A stretch of 64,000 bases of DNA, taken from the NCBI RefSeq assembly GCF_009834535.1, contig NC_045717.1, positions 18,848,001 to 18,912,000 on the forward strand, in the 5' to 3' direction. The translations under genes were made by a program, and so were the position numbers. The stretch's first letter is position 1. Every line of letters begins with the position of its first letter. Positions 27,401-37,146 of the stretch are shown here, one piece after another. The notes below the pieces were generated by a model, which saw nothing but the letters and a program-made list of their open reading frames with translations, was not told the origin of the DNA and searched no databases. The stretch is from Camelus ferus (taxonomy: Eukaryota).

Positions 27401-29344
27401 CCTGAGGTACAATAGAGGGTTTAGTCCTCAAGGTAATGGGGAGCCATTGAGGGTATTTGAGCAGGGGAGGGGTACTGGCATGCAGGAGGCTGGTGGTGGA
27501 GATGGGCTGGCCTGACCTTGTTCCTGACATTCCTGCAGGGTCACCGTCCTCTCTCTGAGCCCACTGTGGAGGCAGGTCCTGCAGGTGGGTATTTTGAGGT
27601 CTGGGGGTCCCCAGAGGAAGGGTCTGAATCTCACTCTGTTGCCCCATCTCTCCTCTCCCCCTCTCCCCTGACTCCTCCAGGCCAGACTGATCTAAGCAAG
27701 AGAGCCTCCCTACCAGCTGGACCACTGGTCACATACCCAGAGCCCCACTCTGAGCCCAGAGATGAGGCTGTTGGGGTTCCACCCACCCCGAGGCTGGTCC
27801 CTGGGGCAGCAGGGGCCGCCTCAGAAGCCAATGGCCCCTGCAGTGGATCCACCCCCACTCCAGAGCAGGAGCCGTGTCACGGGGTGACAGCGTCTGAGCA
27901 AGGAGTGAATGAAGCCAAAGGGGGAGGTGTGGTGAAGGTGGTGTGGGAGGGGCTTAGGACCACAGAGGACTGTGCCATGGGGGCCACAGGCCCAGAGCTG
28001 GAGGCTAAGGTGGAGGAGATGGTGCTGGAGGCCATCGGGGACAGACAGGAAGCCGGGCGCCCAGAGCTCCCAGTGTGGGTCAAGGAGGACAGGGGCGACA
28101 TGGAGGTGGTCTGGGAAGGGGTGGGAGGCACAGAGGGCAGCGACTCAGAGGCCACTGGGGAGGTGGGCAAGGCCCTGGAGGTTGCACAGACCAGCTCCGC
28201 AAGGCTCCAGGGGGGACTGGAGGGAGCAGCTTCTGCAGGAGGGGAAGGTGCCCCCAGGGGCAGCCCTGATGGTAATGGGCGGGGAGACTTGGGAGGAGAG
28301 GAGGGGTCCTTCATTTGGGTGGAGAGAGTGACTCTCAGTGAGGAGTGGGAGGAGCTGGTGGTGGAGGGGTTGGAAGAGCCAAAGGCACTAGGAAGGGAGG
28401 GAGGAAATGAGAGTCCACTGGGGGCAGAGGGTGGAGGCAAGGAGGAAACGTGGGCGGTGGAGAGGGGGCGGGCAGAGGAATCTGCTGGGAAGAAGGGAAG
28501 CGAGGGAAAGGTGGACACAGAGCCAGAAGGGGCAGAAATGTCGCTAGCAGAGAAGAGGAAAGGAAGCGAGGAATCCTTGGAGCTGGAGAGGAGAGATGAG
28601 GAAAAGGTGGAGACGGAGCAGGAAGGAGGCGAGGACCCATTGTTGGCAGAAAGAAAGGAAGTTGAGGGACCTTTGAGGGCAGAGAGGGAAAGAGGTGAGG
28701 AGCTGTTGGGAGTAGGGGAGAAAGGAAGTGAGGAAAAGCTTGAGGCAATCGAAGAACCTTTGGTGACAGGGAGAAAAGAAAGTGAGGCATCTCTGAAGGC
28801 AGAGAGAATGGGAGGTGAGGAACCACTGGAGGCAGAGACAAAAGGAGATGAGGCATCACTGAAGGCAGAGAGAACAGGAGGTGAGGAACCACTGCAAACA
28901 GAGAAGACCAAAGGGGTCAAGGAAGATCTGAGTCCAGAAGAGGAGAGAGAGTCAGGAAGAGGAAAAGAATGTCAGGCAGAGGGGGTGAGCGAGGCAGGGG
29001 CTTCCCTGGGGGCCAAGGAGGAACCAAGTCTGGAGGAAGAAGGACAGCAGCCTCAGGAGAAGCAGGAAGTCTCCCTGGAGGAGGAAGCGGCAAAGCCCCA
29101 AACCCCTGCTGAGGGCCAGGACCCCTCTGGGGATGCCACACCCCTCCTGGCAGAGACCCCAGCTCAGGAGCAGCCAGCTGAGTGCCAGCCACTGCTTCAG
29201 GCGGAGGGGCCCAGGGCTAACCCCAGTGCCCACACTGTGCCCACCTATGCGCCTGCCCAGCAGCCAGAGCCATCTGCCCCTCCTGAGGGCGAAGAGGCGA
29301 GGGGCCCTAAGCAGAAGACGTGCCAGTGTTGTACGGTGATGTGA
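21405..29344 (+). CDS. PALM3: Paralemmin-3, 7 coding exons, 702 aa, C-terminal CaaX box
   Basis: Exons 21405-21445 (MALQSQVWAPATL), 23924-23972 (MPMAESSLYRQRLEVIA), 24853-24933 (EKRRLQEEIRAARRELEEEKLRVERLK), 25450-25592, 25755-25839, 27539-27584 and 27681-29344. The protein is Glu-rich and ends KQKTCQCCTVM*. Confidence 0.96.
22153..22165. promoter_or_regulatory. RFX X-box motif in PALM3 intron 1
   Basis: GTTGCCTAGCAAC fits the consensus GTNRCC(N0-3)RGYAAC. Confidence 0.55.
23294..23307. promoter_or_regulatory. RFX X-box motif in PALM3 intron 1
   Basis: GTTACCATGGCAAT has one mismatch to GTTRCCATGGYAAC. Confidence 0.5.
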
Positions 29345-29560
29345 GCCTGTACCCGCCACCCAACTCCCAGCTCCTCTCACAGCTACCTCGGCCTCTTGGC
29401 ATCCAGCAGAGGGTCCCAGGCTCAGACAGGGCACCATGGGATGGGCCTTGGCACCTGGGAGCCAGCTGGCCCACATGTCCGCCTCCACCTGGGCTTCCGG
29501 ACCCCTTGCCTGCTGCCTCTGACCCTGGCTCCCTTCAGTGACAAAGCCTTTATACTTGAA

Positions 29561-29566
29561 AATAAA
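29561..29566 (+). terminator. PALM3: PALM3 polyadenylation signal
   Basis: AATAAA about 215 nt after the stop codon. Confidence 0.75.
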
Positions 29567-29650
29567 ATGTTAAGCATTCAGACGGTGTGAGCACATATGT
29601 TGCTGACACAGAACCACCTCACCGTCTCCTGGTGAGAAGTGGAGGGCTTC

Positions 29651-30045
29651 TGTCTGCTAGCATCAAAGATTATGAGTCAGTGAGAGTGTAAATGCGGCTG
29701 CTGTAACAAAAAGACCTCCAGATCTATCTGTAGCTATCAAAACATTAAACATTTATTTCTCTGGGCACTTCTGATCCATGCAGTCGGGAACTCTGGTTCC
29801 TTTCCATTTATTGCCCCACCTTCACCTTGGGTATGGCTAAAGCTGTATCACAGGGCACAGCAATGCTCCAACTCATGGGAAAGAGAAGAGAATGCAGAGG
29901 AGCCCCGGCTAATGCCCAGACTCGGTATTGGCACACGTCCCTTCTGCTTCCGCTCCACCCGTGAGAACTCAGTCCCTGGCCACGCCCAGCCGCAAGGGAG
30001 GCTGGGAGTGCGCCCAGCTACAGTTCTATTATAGCAGCAGGACAG
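29651..30045 (-). mobile_element. MaLR (MLT1-like) solo LTR, ancient
   Basis: Plus strand begins TATGAGTCAGT...GCTGCTGTAACAAAA, the reverse complement of the MLT1 3' end (TTTGTTACAGCAGC...). It carries minus-strand AATAAA at 29752-29757 and 29807-29812. Confidence 0.6.
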
Positions 30046-30140
30046 ATTTGGGGAGGCAGCTGCCACTTTGGATTTCATATATTTTCCTTTGCTCCCTCAT
30101 CCATCCATATATTCCCTGTAGGGCCAGGCCCTTCACTGTA

Positions 30141-30232
30141 GGGGTCCTTGAATCGCAGCTCTTCCTGGCTGGGTGTCCTCAGGCAAGTGACTCAGCCTCT
30201 CTGAGCCTCAGTATCTTCATCTGTCAAATGAG
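30141..30232 (+). mobile_element. MIR SINE fragment overlapping the IL27RA stop region
   Basis: GGCAAGTGACTCAGCCTCTCTGAGCCTCAGTATCTTCATCTGTCAAATG matches the MIR core GGCAAGTTACTTAACCTCTCTGTGCCTCAGTTTCCTCATCTGTAAAATG. Confidence 0.8.
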
Positions 30233-33200
30233 CACCCTTCTCCCCACCTGGAATGTTTTCAGGCCAGAACCTGGAGCCCGGAGTGGGGCCCAGAAGGCCC
30301 AGCTCCTCAGGTGTGGGCAGGAAGTGTTTCTCATACCCAGAGTCAAGTGGGGCCAAGGTCTGAGGGGGCTCCACAACTGGTACCTGCTCCATCTCCTCCA
30401 CTTCCAGTATGGGCGAGTCCCCAGGGGGCTGGGCCTGGGGCACCTCCTGGGAAGAGAGGAAGCTGAGATTCTTTCCCTCCTACCCACCAAATCTCACCTA
30501 TCCCCCACTGCCCCAGCTTTCCCCAGCCCCCCCAGAGGGCCTCAACAAGCCAGGCTTTTTGCTCACCTCCATGTTGGGCAGGCTAAAGTTCCTGTTGGCA
30601 GGATCAGGAACCTTCTCCCAGGCCCACTGGGGTAGAACCTTGTGCCGTAGGTGGACGCACCTGGCAAGTGGGTAAGACTCAGGGCAGGGAGTCCGGGTGG
30701 CTAGACACCCAGGCCCAGATCACAGGGTCCAGGAACATTGCAGAGTCCCAAGGCGTCGTCCCCTGACTACCCCCCTTCCCCCAAGCACAGCTAATGCCCA
30801 GCTGCTCTCCCCACCTGGGAACAGACCCACGTGTCTGACAGCCTCACCTTCCAGAGGCAGCTAGGCTCAGGCCACAGCCTGTCAGGAGCAAAACCCATAG
30901 GAGAAGGACGCCTGGCAGAACTTTCCACTTCAGGGTGTTATCTGGTGGTGGGAGAGGCAGAAGAACATTTGGACACCAGGGCAGCTGGGAAGGGTGGGGT
31001 AAGGCTCATAGATGGGGCAGGGAGCAGGTAAGGGAGGTAGGTAAAAGGGCGGGGCTTATGAATGGGTAGGGGCTAAGAATGGGGGGGGGGAGCTAGTGGA
31101 AAGGTCAAAGTCAGGGATGGTGGGAAAGGGTCAGAGACACACATCACCTGATAATCCAAAACAGTATTTAGCAGATTCAAAATGCTCTGAGGAATTGTAA
31201 ATATCCACCCCCTCATGTTAAAAGGTTGCCCACCCACTGGAGCTCAGTAATGAATATATAACCCCCTCAAATGGAGCAAGCCCCTTCCATGTCAGTCCCA
31301 CCCCAGCCCCTCTACCTGGTAGGTGAAATCGGAGGCTTGGGCCAGGTGGGCCCTGTCCTGCGATGGTGGACGCGGTCACCCACAGCTCGCAGGGACCCCA
31401 GGGAAGGTCGGGCAGGGTGATGGTCTGGGTGCTGCCACTCACTGAAGGACACACCAAGAGAAGTTAGGGTGGTAGTCAAGTCCTATCGCAGGACCTTTGC
31501 ACATGCCATGCAGTCTGCCACACTCTCCCAGATATTCACATGGCTATCTCCTCACCTCCTTCAGCTGTTTGCTCAAAGGTCACCTTCTCAGTGAGGCCTT
31601 CGCTGACCATTTTCCCCTCCACCCAAATTAAAATAGCACCTGCTTCACTACCCATCTTCCTTGCTTCATTTTCTATCCAGCACTTATCACTATTTAACAC
31701 ACTGCTTAGATACTGTTTACTTTGTCTATGCCTGCATGTCCCCCATTAAAAAGTCAGCTCCACAAAAGCTGTATTCCTAGGACCTGGCTCAGTGCCTGGC
31801 ACATAGAAGACACTCAAAAATGATATACAGTTGACTCTTGAACATGGAGGTTAGGGGTGCTGACCCTCCATTCAGTCAAAAATTTGAGTATAGCTTATAG
31901 TCTGCCCTCCTTATCCACGGTTCCTCTGTACCCTCAGTCCCAAATCCGTGGATTCAACCAAATGCAAATCATGCAGTAATGTAGTATTTACCCTTGAAAA
32001 AAGCCACATATAAGTGGACCTGCGCAGTTCAAACCTGTTTCGTTCACGGATCAACGGTATATTTGAATAAATAAAAAATTGCATGAGTATCGTATCCCTC
32101 ACCTGCACGGAATCCAGTGAAGGGAAATTCACACCAGGTGAAGGGAAGAGGTTTGCATTTCTCGGAATTGTTTTTGTTTACTTTTTAACTGAATCACCCT
32201 TTTTGGCTTATAGGCCGAAAGAGGAAGTAGCTTTTTGGTTTGTTACAGGATTATAGGAGACGTGAACGTGGATCAAGCTATAACTGCCATAGAAAGATGT
32301 CCAAGCTAAGTCATCAGGTGAGAAAAAGGAAGTTGCAAAACATCAGTCATAAGCCTCAGGGGCCTAGCACATGGTCCTCTTTTAATAATAATAACAGGTA
32401 CAGGTATATATAAATAAATATACATGATTTTTAACCTAATGATATCTACCTATCTATCTACACATGCAAGGTGCAATCATACTATGCACAAACATAGGCA
32501 AAGTAACTATGTTAAAAAATAGGCTTTATCAGTTAGAGACAAATGCTGAAGTTCTGAATTATTTAGGGGTGAAAAGGCACCAAAGACTCTAGAAAAAAAA
32601 TATGTGAGGGATAAACTGAAACAAGATTGGGAAAATAGGTAATTATTGAAACTGGATGGTAGGTACATGAGGGTATGTTATTTTTTTTTGTACTTAAAAT
32701 TTTTTTTAAATTTCTCTTTCTCCATTTTATTTTTTATTTGGTGGCGGGGAGGCAATTAGGTTTACTTATTTATTTATTTATTTTAATGGACATACTAGGG
32801 ACTGAACCCAGGACCTCCTGCATGCGAGGCATGCACTCTACCGCTAAGCTACACTGTCCCCTACCATACTTTTGTTTGTGCTTGAAATTTCCTATAATAA
32901 AAAAGTTTAGTGGGGAGGGGGTATAGCTCAGGGGTAGAGTGCATCCTTAGCATGCAGGAGGTCCTGGGTTCAATCCCCAGTACCTCTATTAAAAAAAAAA
33001 TGCTTAAAACTTTCAAAAAGCACAACTCCTATCTCTATGTTAATACATGCGTGGAAAAATATGGAAGCTGCGTTGTCAGGATCTGTGAAATGAGGAGGAT
33101 GCTGAGGAGGATGCTGATACACGAGTATACTTCTTTAATGTGTCAGTTTTTAAACAAGAACAGATAACTTTTGTCATTAGAAAAAAGGGTATTTTCACTT

Positions 33201-36200
33201 TTTTCCTTGCTTTTTCTTTTTATTGTACCTATATAAGATGACAGATGTTAACTAAACTTACCATAGGAATCATTTCACAGTACGTAAGTCAAACCATTAT
33301 GCTGTACACCTTAAACTTTCAGTGATGTCTATCAATGATATTGCAATAAAACTGGGGGGGGAAGGGTAACAAAGATATTTTTTAAAATGAATTTGTGGAG
33401 GGATATATAGCTCAGGGGTAGAAAATGTGCTTAGCATGCACAAGGTCCTGGGTTCAATCCTTAGTACCTCCATTAAAAATAAATGAATAAACCTAATTAT
33501 CTCCCCTCCAAAAAAATTTTTTTAAACCAGAAATTAAAAAAAAAAAAAGAAATCTGTGCTCAGAACAAACATTTAGCATATACCTAAAGGTATGAAAAAG
33601 AAATAAAAATCATACATAATTCTATAATGCCTATGGACATTGTGGGGGAATTTCTTTTCATATTTGTGCCTCTGCTTCGCTTAGTGCCAGGTTTATTTTA
33701 TAAAAATGGAACCATCCTATGGAGTTTTATAACCTCTTATCTTTCTCACTTAATGTAATGTGACAGGCATCTTTCAATGTCAATAAATATAGATTGGTAT
33801 CTTCATTTTTAATGGCCAAATGGCAATCTATTAAATTGATAGCCACCAGGGTTATTATTCGCTAGGGAACCAATGATACCATGTGTTCTCCTAGGGGCTG
33901 AGAGGGAACCAAAGGGGCCCATCCCAGGGGAAGGGGAGGGGTAGACTGATAGGAGTGTCTAGTATGGGCAGGGAGCAGGGGCACAACACAGTGGAGCTCA
34001 CCATTCATGCAGACAGAAGGCCTGGTCCCACTCCGGGCACACAGAGTGTAGTGGGTGAGATGGCCCCGAAGTTGATGCCTTGGGACCTCTTCCCAGGCTA
34101 TGGCAGGGGTTCCTGGAGGGGAATCCTGGAGTCGCCAAAGCACTGGCCCCGCTAAGGGTGCTGGGGAGAGAATGTCAGTGGGTCAAGGTCTGCCAGGGTT
34201 CCAGGACCCTCCATCCTCCAGCCTCACCACTTACCTAGTTCCTCTCTGAACTTCCAGACTGAGGGGGAAGGGGCCAAACCCCAAGGAGTGACTGCTGTCA
34301 CCGTGATTCGGTAGGGGACCCCTCCTTCAAAATCCCCTGGGTGAGGGAAGAGTAAAGGCCAGTTAGAGTTGGCTCTCTTCCTCCACTCATTTCTTATTTT
34401 GTAGGAATTTTCATATGTGTCCCCAGAAAGACACCCTGAGTTAAGGATTTAGGTAAAAGTAATTATTCTGGGGAGGGAACCCCAGAAAACACCAGTAGGG
34501 CAGTGGGGAAGCGAGGCAGGGAAGGAAAGGCAGCCAGTAAATGGTGTGTTAGAGAACAGATTCCCAATATGGCCAACCAAGGCTCAGTCCCGCTGGGGGC
34601 CTCTGGGTGGCAGCACAGAGCGCAGGCCTGAGAGCCAGCCCACGGCAGGAGGGAGGGAGCTGGGGTATTTATCCATCAACCATTATGGGTCATTGTAGAG
34701 GGCTGCATCTGAGGGGGCCTTGACTTCCCGGCATTTCCAGCTGTCTACGCAGGCAAAGTGATTCAGACCAGAAAAAGCCCTCAGGCCAGGAATGCAGGTG
34801 CCAGAGGCTGGGAGAAACACCAGGCTATGAGTGGGGCCCTGACACCACCCATCGGAGTAAATGAGGCTCCTGAAGTCCCTTCTCAAAACCTACTGCTGCC
34901 ATATGGCCTCCCCCAACTGGGAATTTTCCAGAACTGGGGTCCTCTTCTTTTGTCTGTATATACTTATGGGTCTTGGGACTCTATCCTAAATCTCTTACTC
35001 AACACCTTCTCATGCTCTGCCAAGTCCTTTACACCAAGGACAGATTCCCCAATGTCAAGTCTCAGCCTGGAACTTATTGCCAGGCCTGAGACCTGAGTAT
35101 CTGACCGTCCCATGGACAATTCCATTTGGATAAGCGTATCAGATGCAACACATCCAGATGTGTCCCTCAAATTCAGCTCTAAGAATCCCCAACAAGAACC
35201 TGCCTGCTTCTCTCCTCTTCTCGGTCCCCACCAGGTTCAGTCCCCATCATCTCCCACCTGGACAAACAGAGTCCCTTCTAGGTCTCTCAGCTCCAGCCCT
35301 CTCCCTCCCAGTCTGTTCCCCCCACAGCAGCCAGGGGGTGCCTGTGAGCACCTGAGGCAGGACACATCCCTCCTCTGCTCAGAACACTCTGGCTCCCACT
35401 TCACTCAAAGCAAAAGTCAAAGTTCTTTCCATGACCCACAAAGCTTTGCACAATCTGCCCCATCACCTCCCTGCCCTCACCTCCTCCCACTCCTCCCCCT
35501 TGCTCATTTTACTCCAGCCACATTGGACTCCTTGCCATCACCCTAATGCATCAGGCACATTCCCGTCTGTTCCCTCTTGCTTTTCCCTCCGACATCCTCT
35601 TAGCTCCCTGTCTCACCTTTGGGTCTGAGTTCAAATACCCAGAGAGGCCTTTTCTTCTACTTTTTTTTTTGTTATTAATGGAGGTCCTGGGTTCAATCCC
35701 CAGGACCTCCATCATGATAATGATGTGCTCTACCACTGAGCTACACCCTTCCCAGGCCAGAGAGGCCTTTCCTTTCTAAAATAGCTCTCCTCCCTCCTCC
35801 CCTTTATGCTGACTTTTTTTTTTTTTGTGCCCCAATTACATTATAGAGGTACTTGTTTCTGTTTCATTGGCTGCCTGCCCTACAAGAATGTTGAGCAGGT
35901 AGGGGAGGGTATAGCTCAGTGGTAGAGCACCTGCTTAGCATGCACGAGGTCCTGGGTTCAATTCCCAGTACCTCTGTTTAAATAAGTAAACCTAATTACC
36001 TCCCCCACCAAAAAAAGGAGAAAAGTTAAAAAAAAAGAAAAAAGAATGTTAGCAGGGATGTTGCTGAGAAGAGAACAGAGTGATAGTTCAGGGTTTGGCT
36101 TCATGAGCCTGACTATGTTGTTCAAATCCTGGCTCTACCACCTACTTGCTGTATGGCTTTAGGCAAGTTGCTTAACCTCCCTGGGCCTTTTTCTTCATCT

Positions 36201-37089
36201 GCAAGATAACAGCAGAAATCTATCTTTTTTTTTTTTTTTAATGGAGGTACTGGGGATTAAAGCTAGGACCTCGTGCATGCTAAGCATGTGCTCTACCACT
36301 GAGCTATATACCCTCCCCCAAGAAACCTACTTTATAAGGGAGTTTGAATGACTTAATGCTTATGGTAAATGCCAATACCAATCTGCATCAGCTACCATCA
36401 CTGTGTACCAGTGTCTAGAACAGGGCCTGGTACACAGTGGGTCGGGGTCAGTGAATATTTCTTGCATGAATTAATGATACTTTAATACTCTCTCCTGCAA
36501 ATCCATCCATGGGTCTGCTCTCCAGCAGCTGAAATGGAAACCCAGGTATCCTGGGGCCTCACCTGGCAACACAGCACTAAGTTTCCCAGGAGGAAGCCGG
36601 ACCCAGTTGAGGTCCTCCAGAGGGTCCCCGTCCCGAGCCCAGTCCACCACGTGCTCCCACAGCTCCCCAGACCCCTGTTGCCAAGTCACCAGCAGCTCTG
36701 TGCTCCCAGCAATGCTTCTGACCACCACATCACAGGGGCCGAAGCCAGGACCTAGAGGGTGGAGAAGAGAAATCACAACTGTCCACTCCAGAAGTCCCTG
36801 CGTGCACCTCCAGGGCATCGCGCAGAGGAAGTTCACGGCCTCTTACCCAAGCAGGCCAAAGAGAGGTTGGTGGGAGGCTCCCAGATTGTGGCGTTCACGG
36901 CAGACACGCTGGCCCACTCCACCTGGGTGGGGATGGAGAGGTTGCAATAGGGCGTCTCCTGGATCAGCTCCTGATCTTTAACCTGGAACCAGACTCTATA
37001 GCTCACCTGCACACAGTGCCCCGAGGCCTGAGGGATGAGGAGAAGAAGGGGTTAGCATCTCCCATTGTGGGGAGGGTATAGCTCAGTGG

Positions 37090-37146
<57 letters not shown>

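Noticed and set aside
27877-28920. 347-aa Ser/Pro-rich antisense ORF opposite PALM3 exon 7
   Set aside because: An expected mirror of a GAG/GAA-rich purine-biased sense strand, which has few TTA/CTA/TCA triplets. No independent promoter or splice evidence.
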